Shown in pieces: positions 24,223-35,770 of a stretch of DNA of 64,000 nt. The DNA is from Amphiscolops sp. MND2022 (Eukaryota). Each line of letters begins with the position of its first letter. Position 1 is the stretch's first letter. The notes beneath the pieces were generated by a model that saw nothing but the letters and a program-made list of their open reading frames with translations, was not told the DNA's origin and did no database searches. The stretch lies in assembly GCA_964187785.1 (NCBI GenBank), contig OZ076409.1, forward strand, positions 9,054,001 to 9,118,000. The letters are read 5' to 3'. The position numbers were made by a program, and so were the translations under genes.

Positions 24223-25124
24223 TGTTGGCGCCAGTCAATTGCCAGATCAGAAACTCAAATTCGAACGTGACTGATGAAACTTATAACTCAAAACACTTAC
24301 AAAAATTGTCAAGATTTAAATTGGAAAATCAGAATTTTGAGCAAAAGTAGTGATACAGGCAAAAACACCACCCCCTTTTTGAGAAGCACTTGTCAAATGA
24401 CCCTGAAACTTAGCATGTATATACTAGAGGTGCTAACTCATTTTTTCACTCGAACCACCCTACCTCGTTTTTCCCCTGGGTTCCGAGCAATTAACACCCA
24501 AGCTGACCTAAGTCGGACGCATGAAAACCCATTTTCGAGATTAATTATTATGTGATTTTCTCGATTGACCTTGAAGGATATGTAACTCTGTTGACATTAA
24601 TTACTTTTTCATTGTGTACACATGCTTTCTAGCCCACATGACCAACATGCCTAAACCACCACATAGTTTGTTTACTTAGCCAATAACTTCATTTTATGCT
24701 TTGAATGTCATTTATCTATACCAAATATTTCAACTGAAGTTTGTTTATATTTACTGAAGAATTGTATACGATATGTATACGAATATTAGATAGAGATTTT
24801 CTCCACTAAATAGCTATAGCAAGTTGGGTCTCAGGACCGCGAGACTAATTGACTTTCCACATCTTTACAACTTTTCGCTAGAGTCAGAGTAACTCAGTAG
24901 CTACTCTCATAGTTGGAGAGCCGGAGCGCGTAAAGATAAAGAGCGGGAAGTTTGTGCCGGACCACATCGCATCCACCGTAGTGCAAAGCGGGATCGCAGG
25001 AGATTACTACGGGTCACAAGAAATCAAGATTTGTTTGGTAACGATCCACAGTACTAAGTAACGGATCACGGCGGCGTAAAGTTTGTCAAGCCTCAGCGCA
25101 GGATAAGGTCAAGCAGCCGTTACA
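24223..25124. mobile_element. Solo LTR (902 bp) nested in BEL pol
   Basis: TGTTG...TTACA termini with TSD actac/actag. Removing it restores the BEL frame DLDCFNSL-EKLIRT. Confidence 0.75.
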
Positions 25125-26536
25125 ACTAGAAAAGTTAATAAGAACCCCGTGCATTTGCAAAGTAGCGTTCAAAAACGTCTCAAGACGATCTTCGATCGGG
25201 AGGAAGTGGCTTGCGCCTTGAAAAGCCGAATTCAAAGCCCCCTCAAATGTTGAGTCGATCAACCCAATGAGGGCAATAGCACCCGTCACCCAATTATGTT
25301 CAGCGGTGTTATCAAGGTCGGCTGCAGATTGGCCCACGGGTACTCAATGACTGACGATCAGATGTACCCTTAACTTGTCACACAGAAGCAAATTGGCAAC
25401 GCTTCCAATCAATGACGCTTACAGGAGAACAATCTACGGTAATCCCTCAGCAACAGTGGCAGAAACGAGACGTCAAATATGGGTCACTCAGACTGAGAAG
25501 AAGGCGTCAGCGTTGATCAAGAAGAATGTTACGTGTTTTTGCTTCAACTCAGGGTCAACACAGCAGCTCATTGGTGACTTGCCTTCCAGTCGCATTGAGG
25601 CTCCCGGACGTGCTTTTTCCTGTGTGGGCCCCGACTTTGCAGGAAATATAACATTCAAAAATGGAATTCAATGCGTCAAGGGTTATGTAGCTGTTTTAGT
25701 ATGTTTAGCATAGGAGATGTATCACTTAGAAGAGCAGTATTATCACGGACGATAGATGCGATAGTGGCAGTTTTGAGACTATTCATTGCGAAGGGAGGCA
25801 TTCCCTGCCAGATTGTATCAGACCATGCAACCAATTTCGTGGGTGCAAAGCATGACCTCATCGAACTAGACATACAGCATTATCGAATGGCTTTTCATTC
25901 CTCCTCGCTCACCCAACTTCGGCAAGTTTTGGGAAACAGCGGCAAAGTCAATGAAACATCACTTGCGAAGCGTAATCGGGGATTCGTTCCTCACGTATGA
26001 AGAAATGACAACACTCATGTGTCAAGTAGAACACGTTCTGAACTATCGCCCACTGATGGCGTTCACGAACAAGCAAGATGACATCATTGCGATCACTCCG
26101 TCGATTCTTCTCAAAGGCAGCCGATAGTACGCTATCCCACAACACCACTTGAAGAAGATAGATGCCCATTGAAACGATTCTGCGCTCTTTAACAGCTGTT
26201 CTGTCAATTCTGCTAGCAATGTTCTTCTGAGTATGCAGCTTCTTTTCCACCTCGAAGTAAATGGAGGCACGAACGTCAAAAGTTTTCAGTTGATGACGTA
26301 TTGCTGGTCACAGACGAAGGCATTCCACCATTGCAGTGGAGTTTGGCCCCAGTAGTTCAAGTGAAGGTAGGTCACGATTGTTTAGATCGAGTCGCATTGT
26401 TGAAATAATCGTGTGGTGCATTCACAAGACATATCAAAAAGCTGAGACGTCTACCAGTTAAGGACAATAACCTACACACTGCAATTGATGAAGGTCATGC
26501 ACAGAAAGTGTAGCACCTCAATCAACATTGAAACTG

Positions 26537-26873
26537 CGTGCCATGGTTCAATGTTTAACGGGACCGATTGTGGACTGTCAGGTCGTTGGTTCAAGCCCCT
26601 GTCTTGCCATGGCGAGTAGGTTGCAATTTCGTATAGGAACATTTTTCAGATTTCGATTCCTTTCTCACAGAGGGAGGAAGCTTAGTGTATGAAGTGAAGA
26701 ATGGGAGCCAGTCAACGTTTTACGTTTTCACCTGCAGCTGCATATACCAAATTCAAACACCCAAAATACACTCACTCCCTTTTGTATGATTATGGTGCAG
26801 TGGTAAACTGAATAATACCTCATCAGAAGGACTGGAGTTCATTTCCGATTGGTCAGCAGTGCAATAGTTTTTT
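26537..26873 (+). ncRNA. tRNA-like Pol III cassettes in the BEL 3' UTR (degenerate)
   Basis: Unit 1: A box TGGTTCAATGT at 26544, B box GGTTCAAGCCC at 26588, flanked by gccatgg/ccatggc. Unit 2: A box TGGTGCAGTGG at 26793, ctCATca loop, B-like GAGTTCATTTCC at 26835, T6 at 26868. Confidence 0.45.
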
Positions 26874-26990
26874 GTCGCAATAGTTTTTGTAGCATTTTTA
26901 TGTCATTTAGCCTTTGGTAATTCATAGACTATTCGTTGTTCTTGTGCTAACCAATGTAACTTTGAAGCTAATATTTCATGGTCGGCGGGA

Positions 26991-27124
26991 TGGTGGCACA
27001 TGACATCAAAATGATCGCGCAGTAATTGTTATCGCGCATAGCGGATAGCGGATCAGTCCTTGCGTTCCAAATGCCTGCCCGAGTTCGAAGTTGTGACAAA
27101 GCTTTTTGTTTAGCTTTCCAAACA
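26991..27124 (+). repeat. BEL 3' LTR, internally deleted or truncated
   Basis: tggtggcacatgacatcaaaatgatcgcgcagtaatt matches the LTR start and it ends ccaaaca, but it is only ~134 bp. Confidence 0.7.
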
Positions 27125-29800
27125 ATCGTTTTCGGCACGCACCTTTTCTAGCATTCTTACCGATTTTTCCCCGTCCTTTGATTCACAAAAAATGGCTGCC
27201 GATTGGTATTATCATGTAGAAAACAGACGGTAGGTTTTTGTGATTGGTCCGATGAAATCCGATTGGATCTCTTCGTTTGGTCCGGTCAATGGCGATAGTT
27301 TTTTTCGTACTTGGCAAATTAGCTTTAGGATTCTTTACAGACAGGGGTGCATGTTTCCCATTTTTTCTGGATTGCCTCTGCATTCTTTGGCCACCGGAAA
27401 TGGCGTGCTGCGCGCAACATCGTGTTGTTCGCGAGATGTCCTTTGTTCGCGAGATGTCCTTTGATTTTTGTGGTTCAGAGGTTCTTCGGTACTACAATTT
27501 TGTTTTCTAGAAAGTCAAGACCGAACCTGCTGCACAGTTTATTTTTGTGTATTTTATACTTTTAGGGTATTAGTTCGTGCTGTTGTTGTTCCAGACAAAC
27601 TAGGCTATTCAATAGGTTTGGATCATGGGTAGTTTCTGTCATAAGTAGCTGAGTTTCCTTTCGGCTTCTCTTACAGCTTGCTCCAAGTACCCATCAGTGT
27701 CTTCGTTTGCTGCTACTTACGGGTGCCCAGTTATCTGCTGGCACTTCTAGAATGGACGCGACCTGGTGGGTTTTGAAGTACATCTCTCCTTCTTCCAGGG
27801 GGATTAGTGCGTCCTAGGCGCGATTCTCATTGACCACAGTTTTTTATGATCTGATGTATTTCATCTTCAATCAATTTTGGCTCATTCCTGGGGAATGTGG
27901 GTACATAGTACCGCCTCCATCTCCCCCTGTCATGCGGTAAGTACCGGGTTTGACAATGTCTTTCCATTTATGTACCAAGTCTGTGGTTTCAGCGGATGAA
28001 TCTACCTCTTCAAGATTGTCGAGCGATCTCGTATCCATGGTTATGATGTATTTTGACACTTTGTGAGTAAATTGTAAGTTAAGGCATGCGTTCGATGAGT
28101 TACTATAGCAATTAAGGACGCTTTGTTCACGGGTGTCTGCTGGCCATATCCTGTTATTAGTTTTGCCCTCGCTTTCGTCCGTTCCGCTCTGTATTTGGTC
28201 GGTATGGCTGCTAAGGCAACCGTAATTCTAAAAAACTTATAGGGCAGTTGATTGTTGTTGATGACGTATTCGTCGTCGTATGCGCCATCTGTTTGTGGCT
28301 GTGCAATCGGATTTCTACTTAGGTCACCAGTGAGTGCTAAAAGTTTTCCCGCTGTATGGTTCACGTTTATAGTGAAATGTTCTAGTCGGTCCATCTATCT
28401 TATTAGCTTTGCACTATATGATTTGTTTGAGCGGTTTCTTTCAATCAACATTTCGAGAGTCTGATGGTCTATATCCGGCGATATTCAGCGAGGACATTGA
28501 TTAGCTCTTTCTTATGGCACTCCCTTGAGCCTTTGATGCTTTTATATCATCTAATCACTCCGGTTGTTTATTTCCTAGTGGTTTTCGATTTTTTCCTAGA
28601 AAACTGTCGGTATATCGGCTAAAGAAAAAAATCATTTTAGAAGACGCTAGTACCCGGAAAAGTTCCCTCGGTTACGAGAAATAGGTTACTGGCTTTTCTC
28701 CACAATAGCTGTCCGTATTTATTGCCCAGGCCAATTTTGGAGATCCATATTTCGTCCACCGGAGAGCCTGCAATTTTTATGGATAATTTTGATAACAAAT
28801 CTTCCATGTTTGGCATTTGGGTTATTTTCAGTGATTTCGTATAATTTGCGTGAATGTGGTGCAGGTTTTATAGACTTGTTTTTCTTCATTTTAATAGCAG
28901 TCGGCCTTACGAAGGAATTTTCATTAATGTTCTTTGCGTTCTTTATGTGGCCTTGTTTCTCTAGTGTTTTAATTTCGTTTTCGACCCATTGTTACAAATA
29001 GATTGGTATTGGACCCCCTTTAGTTGAACTAGTTTTGCGTCTGCCTTCAGCTGTATTATTTATTTCAAAGCTTTGTACTCTGGTTCTCATTGAATTGTTT
29101 TCTGATTTTACTCAGCTTTTTATTCAGTGTCCTGGTCTTCTCTCACATGGTTGATTTGTTGTTCGGTTCTACTCTTTTCATCCAGTCTCAACCCAATTTT
29201 GGATTCGTCTTTTTGTCGTTATCAAATTTTGAAGCATTTTTGATTGTGATTGATTACAGCATTTGCCAGTGTTTTTCCTTCAAACTTTATCCAGTTGTCA
29301 TTTACATCTCTCTTCCTAATCCTTCTATTCCCAATGGATGGAGTGGCGTATTGTCGATTTTCAACTTCGGTATAAATGTTATCGGTAAAGCAATGTCAAT
29401 GATAAATTTATTTGGTTCAGTGTTGATCAATGCGGTGATTGTGAAAAACTCGGGACCGTTAATATTTGTTGAGTGCGTTGAATTTATTGTCTGTTTTCCT
29501 GAGTGTATGGGTTCCTGTGGTATCTTTGGCAATTCCTTTGTATTGTACGTATTTCCGCTACCACAGACTCGCATTGTTTCTCGACTCTTGAAATGGTAAG
29601 TTTCTGGGGCAACTCCGGTATGCCTTCCTGTTCATTGTGTCATTGGACACCTGTTCACCACTTGACCGTGATACCGCTGTCGTCCTTGTTGCTTAACTTG
29701 GCAATGTTTTTGTGTTTTCGTCCATTGAGCAGTTTGTTACAGTGTGTAGGTGGTGATCTGATATAACGATCAATGGTTATTCTGAATGCGCTATGTTGTC
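27125..29800 (-). mobile_element. Mag-type Gypsy, 5' part: gag end, PR, RT, RH and IN N-terminus; degenerate relative of the 60946-64000 element
   Basis: Minus-strand GPEFFTITALINTEPNKFIID, LEKQGHIKNAKNINENSFVRP, DRLEHFTINVNHTAGK, WWPKNA..CTP and IQSDFIGPI. Colinear with 62200-63960. Confidence 0.85.
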
Positions 29801-30303
29801 TTCTGTTGTTTCGTAATTAAAAGAAATGTATTCATCAAACTATAATGCATTCACTTTTCTTCAATTATGATAAAGATAATGTTTTTTCAGCACTTAGCTG
29901 GCAGGTATTAAAAAATAACACAAACCAGAGACTAATTCATTCTGAGTTTGTACACTGAGAATTGGCACTCTCAACAACAATAATTGTTTTCAGATAATAG
30001 TTCTATAGCAAAAAAACCAAATGGACGTTTGAACCGAATTATATGCAAACATCTCCATCTGTTAATTTTTTTAAAAATGTTTTCGAACTTATACAATTGA
30101 TGTTCATCATTCGAAACGTTCCTTTTGACTTTTTGACGTATTTTCAAATTATATTAAGTGTGGCTGCCAGAGACAGCAATTGAGACAAGATGCCCGCTGA
30201 GCAGCGAGAATTTTCCGTCCCGAATTGTTCTACAACTACATAAAATTGAGGCTCAATAATAGCCAATGCTCTATATAAACCCAAAGAAGTTCGAAGAAGA
30301 AAG

Positions 30304-30831
30304 TGTTTGGGGTAGCTCTCAAGCTAAAACGGAAGAACTCAAGAAAGAGTGCGAACTAGGAAGAACGAAGGAACTCAAAGATAGAGTTCAAACTATTGAG
30401 ATTAGGGTTTTGACTCACGGCAAGAGATCTGTATTTGATAGCGTTTATTGAAGGTATGAGTGATAAAGAAAAATTAAAGAAATGAGAAATGGGGGACTGG
30501 TTATAAGCTGGTTGTTAACCGAGAAATTAGGCACTTAAAACCATATGGACAGCAAAAAGGTCTCAACCGGTTGTTTACACGGATGTAATAACAACGTTTA
30601 CAATTTTGAGCAATTGATGGTGAGTACTGTAAATGAAATGAGCATTATAAGTAATGTCGAGCAAAGTGATTGATCAGTAATAAAGGCCAAAGAAAGAATA
30701 AACAAAGATAACAAAAAAGAGCACTGTCGCAGATTGGAACTCGCTCTGACCGGTTCCACGGCAAAGACTTATCCACCTTGCTAAGTGAACTGATAACTAC
30801 TGCGCGATTATTGTGATGTCATGCGCCAACA
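30304..30831 (-). mobile_element. Solo LTR of the BEL family
   Basis: The minus strand reads TGTTGGCGCATGACATCACAAT...CCCCAAACA. Perfect 5-bp TSD gaaag at 30299-30303 and 30832-30836. Confidence 0.9.
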
Positions 30832-33800
30832 GAAAGCTTTAATTCATCTTTGCCCATTTTTAAAGGAAACACCAAGTTTCTCAATTCTGTGATAACTGGC
30901 CAGTTTTCTTATTGTGCGCTATGCGACTTACCGAGTGAAAGAAAATTTCAACTTTTTTCGATAACAATTTTCGAAAAAATATTTTTTTTGCAATTTTTAG
31001 TTTTCAGGATTTCTCTGAAAAAAATAAGTTTCCCGAGTTTTGAGGGTAACCTCTTTGTTATTTTTGATCTTGTGGAATTGATGGTTTCTTATTGATTGTG
31101 GAAAATACCTCACTTCAGTATTTTTCCGCTCAGTGCGTCTTTCCCAAAATTTCGTTCGGTGGAAGGGTACCCTTCGATTTCATACCTAATTTCGGCATGC
31201 AAAAGGTAGTTTGTGAGTTGAAACTTGTTTCGCTATCATAGAACTTTACCAAAAACGAAAACAAGTGCTTTTTGTGATTCCTGTTGGACAATAAGTGGTT
31301 TCCGAGTTTCAAGCGTATTTCGTGAGGTAATTTTTGCCACTGAGAAAATGGTATAACTTGAAACTAGATCATTGGCAAGTTTAGGAAACTTGAGCGGTCC
31401 CAGTGTAATATTTCGTTGCACATAATTCTACCAGAAGTGTAAAAAATTGGAAATATTTTCGAGAACTTTTCATACATGAACATACAGATATCTCTTCACA
31501 AGCCTACTGGACACCAATTTTAGTTGTTGTTGAAAGCTTAGACCATTCTAACCTGCTCTAGTAGCTCGAAACTTTTCTTCTAGAAGGTGTACTTCATATC
31601 AAGTGATTTTGCTTGAAGCTCAATTTATATTAAATATTTGATGAATATGGTCGAGATTTACGTTTTCAAACAAAGTTTGTTAAAGTTGGGCAATTTATCT
31701 TGTCTGATACCTTTTCGAAACACTACCGGTAGCTACAGTTTTCAGCCCCGAGCCTATGGGTTTCTGATTGAATTATATTGTCGGAAAAGGTCCAAAATTG
31801 GGACTATTATTTCGAAAAATTAGGAAAACCGGAAGTTTCGACAAATTTGTTGTAAACTCGGCGAACTTGTTCCTACTTTTTTCCTTGAATTACGTTTTGG
31901 ATACCCTCTTGTTGCAACATTCGGACCAATGGAAGTTCTAATCTACGAAAAGTTTTGTGGTTTGATCAAAAAGTATGAATTTGTCAAAACACGCGCCTTT
32001 TTGTTGTTTAATGGATTTCGGGTGCTTTGAGGCCAATTCCAACAAAGATTTGCAATGATATCTTTAAAAGTGCCTACTGGATACCAAGATAACAGGATTA
32101 GCCCTTTTTGAGCTTGTAAAACTCATCAATGCCAAGAAGCAGCTCAAAAATGGTACAAAAAACTGCCTAAAAATGTGAAAAATTCTTGAAAATTCCTAGA
32201 TTTACATTGTTTGGGTCATACTGAGGAAACCCTCTACCATAAAATATTTAAATTTTTCTTTAAAAAACGTGCTGTGGATCTAGTTGATCACCTGGAGCAC
32301 TTTGAACATTTATCTTACCGAAGTTTTCCAATCTCAAATAAAAATTCACCGAAAAGCTCAAAAAGAGGCAAACGTTTTGATCTTTTAGAATTTTTGCGGT
32401 CAATTTTGAGCCATTGTCCAACCGAAGTCTGCAAATACTTCTTTGAAAGCCGACAAAACTTTGAGTTCAGTCTTTTTAAAACGTTTGTCATCATTCTGAC
32501 TCCAAAACGATTCAACAAGTAAACATAGATTGTATAGAAACGAAGATGTTGTATTTTTCCTACTCATTTTTTCTACACATTTTTCTACTCAAGCAAAACG
32601 CTGGAGGGTTCTCTTCAGAAAATGCAATGCATAGTTCGTTCTCTCGTTGTTGATTGTGTTGGAACGCATAACAAAAACTCTGGGAAATTGAACAGAAATT
32701 GCATCAAAAACGACAAAAACTTCGAATTTTCAGGATCAATTTGAGTCATTTTTTAAAAAAATTGAACTTATTTCTCGACGAAAGCTCACGGAAACAACAA
32801 ATTTGCCATTGTTACGGGTTTTAACACTTTATTCAACGAAGTCTATCGATAGTTTGACAAAATTGAGCAGTAATGATGAAAAGAGTAAAAAGTTTGAATT
32901 TTTGTCTTTTTGGATGTCAATTCCGGACATTTTTTAATATAAAAAAACTGCATTTATCTCTCCACTAAGAATACTCCACTTCCTCTAATTTTGAATAATC
33001 AACTACATTTGATGAACAATTAAATTCCTTTTATATCCTCAACGTTTTCAGGATATCCTTTTATATCCTCAATCTTTAGTGGCCCTGTGATATTTTTCGT
33101 ATCCTCCTGGAAATCTCCTTTTATAAAAGAACGGACACTTTTTTCAGCTTTATATATTCGACGAGGAAAAAATAACAGGAACATCACAAATTGAAAATGC
33201 CTTCAGAGATCTATAAACTAGTTCAAGCATATCAGCACATTAGGTTTTTAAAATGACAAATCAAAAAAATTGTTATTTCCCGCCCACTATTCATATATGG
33301 GAAACGAAATTATTTAAATCAAAATTTTCCAATTTTTAACGCTTTTATGCAATTTTCGTCAAATTTTCGATAGACTTCGTTGATTAAAATGTTGAAAACG
33401 CTCAACATGGCACGAATTTATTGTCCAGTAGGCTTTTCCGAAGAGACAATTGCTGTTTTCTAAATGAAAAAGATCTGAATTTGTCATCGAAAATGACAAA
33501 AAACCCAAAATTTTCCATTTTTCAAAGTTTTTATGCATTTTTGTCAAGATTTCGACAAACTTCGTGGATTGGAATGTTTGAAATAGTCAAGAGGAAGATC
33601 AAATAAAAAAACAAACGAAATCAAAAAAGAGAAGGTAACTAATGCGATCAATTGATTTTGTTTCAATTTTTGATTTCCAGAAAATCCAAATTTGTTGTAT
33701 CTATATCTCAAACCTTTCCTAGGGTAAAAGTTATTTTTTGAAACGAAAGAACAATCGTACCTTTGCTATGTTCTGTTATATATCGTCAAATGTCCCTAGA

Positions 33801-35050
33801 GTAAGAAAAGTTTTAGTAAAGAGTAAGAGAAGAGGTTTGACTGATTTCTTGATTTCAAGTAAAAAGCAGAGACTCAAATTTCCAAGCTTTTGCGACCGAA
33901 AGTGGTCTTTTTGATTAGACTGAAACAAATGAATCAACGGGTTCAAAAATGGCCAAAAAACAATGGAGTGGAAGTCTCGCAATTTTTCTATTCTGGTCTC
34001 AAAGCAGGTGAAATTACGAACAAAAAACAGCAGAAGATACTTCGGTAGACAGCCATTAAGAGCCTGTTGAAAGACTCAGTAAATCGGACTGGAAAAATAG
34101 AAAACAGGCGATTATGTAGACTGTTTTCTTTTAAAAAACCAGGATTCTGTAAACCAGGTAAGCGTCTCTTTGCAAAACTTTCCTTTTGCAGTTTTTTCTC
34201 ATAACAAAAAACTTGAGAAAACAATGGCCCCAGAAAATGCAAATTGACTATAAGTGAAAGGACAAAAATGGTTGTTGGTCTTGGTCTGTTAAAAACGTCG
34301 TTTAAATAAATCATGAAAAGATTTCAAAATTTCATTCTCAGTTGAGCCTTGTTAATGGTTTTGCATCAATAAATTATTATATGATTTACCCTCGATTTGA
34401 GAATGGAAATCAGAACATAACCATTCATTTTATAATCGGAAAAGCAATCAGCTTCATAGATAGAAAAAAATCAACAGCAGTTATGGAAGATTATGTCTTT
34501 TCTTTAGTTAGTAAATCTGGAAAAGAACTATCACAAATATTTTACAAGCGACAAAACGTCGTTGCTAAAATCACTTCAGAGAGGTCGTCGTTACTTTTTG
34601 GAGTTGAAAATGTAAAAGGTTGAAACTGTGAACGGTTGAAATTGCATGGGTTGAAATTTCCAGGTCCTGACACCTGGATTCTGTTGTTTTCACACTTTCT
34701 GTTGGTTTTGTCAGCTCTAATCGATTTTATGGTGAATTTACAATTGATTACACAACAAACACAGAGTGCGAAGAAGAAGCTGCCCAGCCTAACAAATTTT
34801 AGCCTCAGAAGTCATCTTTATTGAACGTTGGGACAAACGAGAAAAATGTGAAAGAAAATCAGAAAGATTGATTTTGAACTCATTTTAAATGAATACAGAT
34901 TTTCAATTTCCCTAGTGCGTGTGTGTCTGCATTTGCGATTCATGCCAAAGTTATGAATTCTCAATACCAATAATTTGTTAATAATAATTTTTAGTTATTA
35001 CCCCTATTTTATCCACAATTATTTTTTATTAACCAACACATGTCCTGTTT

Positions 35051-35599
35051 TTAGTCGGCGCATTTTAGTAGAAAATGTGCGCGACTCTTACAGTGGGTAG
35101 TTTTTTAGACGCGTAAGGTCCACTTTTTTGTTCATTTGTTCAACAACGTCAAACCTCAACAACTTCAAACCTCAACAACTCCAACCTCAGAAACGCGTCC
35201 AAAACGAAAAGAAAAAACAAAACAGACGTCCAGAACCTCCAAAACACACTAAGAATCCCCACATAGCCCCACTTTTCTTCGACACTATGAGATTTTTTGA
35301 AACTTTTTGGATTGCACCAAAGGGTCCCCCCTTGATTTGTTTCGATATTTTGCAACACAATGGATGTCAAAAAATCGCAAAGGGTCCCCTCTTTCACATT
35401 TTTCGGCACTGTGGCACTGTTCAAAAATCTCATTTTAAAATATTTTTCGGGAAATTTTTTCATGTCCCCAAAGGGTTCTTCCCTTCATTTTTTTTTCATT
35501 TTTTTGCAACCAGCTGGAGTTTCAAAAAGCCCGAAGGGTCCCCCCCTTTCAATTTTGAGCCTTAGATATGACGCCGACTTTGGCCATTCTCGGCTTGTT
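35051..35599 (+). mobile_element. HINE/DINE-1-like non-autonomous element (Helentron-associated), complete copy
   Basis: 5' ttAGTCGGCGC..GCGCGACT hairpin, internal aagggtcccc repeats, 3' subterminal ACGCCGACT, a short hairpin and a terminal cttgtt. Confidence 0.6.
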
Positions 35600-35770
35600 A
35601 TGTTTTTATACAACATATCAATGGGAAATCACGTGTTCTTTTTTACCAAGGCACACATACATTTCTGTTTTGAAACCCTCAAGAGGTGGATTTTAAGGAA
35701 ATTTTCAGTGGAGGTATTCATTGAGTCGAAATCAAACAAACGTACTCATTTTTATTTTTTATTTAAATTT

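Larger units (their letters stand above)
20973..27124 (+). mobile_element. Degenerate BEL/Pao LTR retrotransposon inserted into the Mag integrase
   Basis: Gag: LSQDTRKQFE..LTFKEFTSFIDRR. PR: LLDCG. Linker: FARFWKVEEI. RT: YYLLHHSVFKESTTT..IVFDA..GNSLNDCLLLGP. RH: LHFFCDASESACGACVYL and HVPSEENSADMCSRG. IN: FSCVGPDFAG, IVSDHATNFVGA, VEHVLNYRPL and the PPLQWSL tail. PPT-like ggtcggcggga lies before 26991. Confidence 0.92.

Noticed and set aside
30850..35000. Many 60-110 aa F/K/L-rich ORFs
   Set aside because: Chance ORFs in AT-rich repeat-like DNA. I could not define element boundaries.
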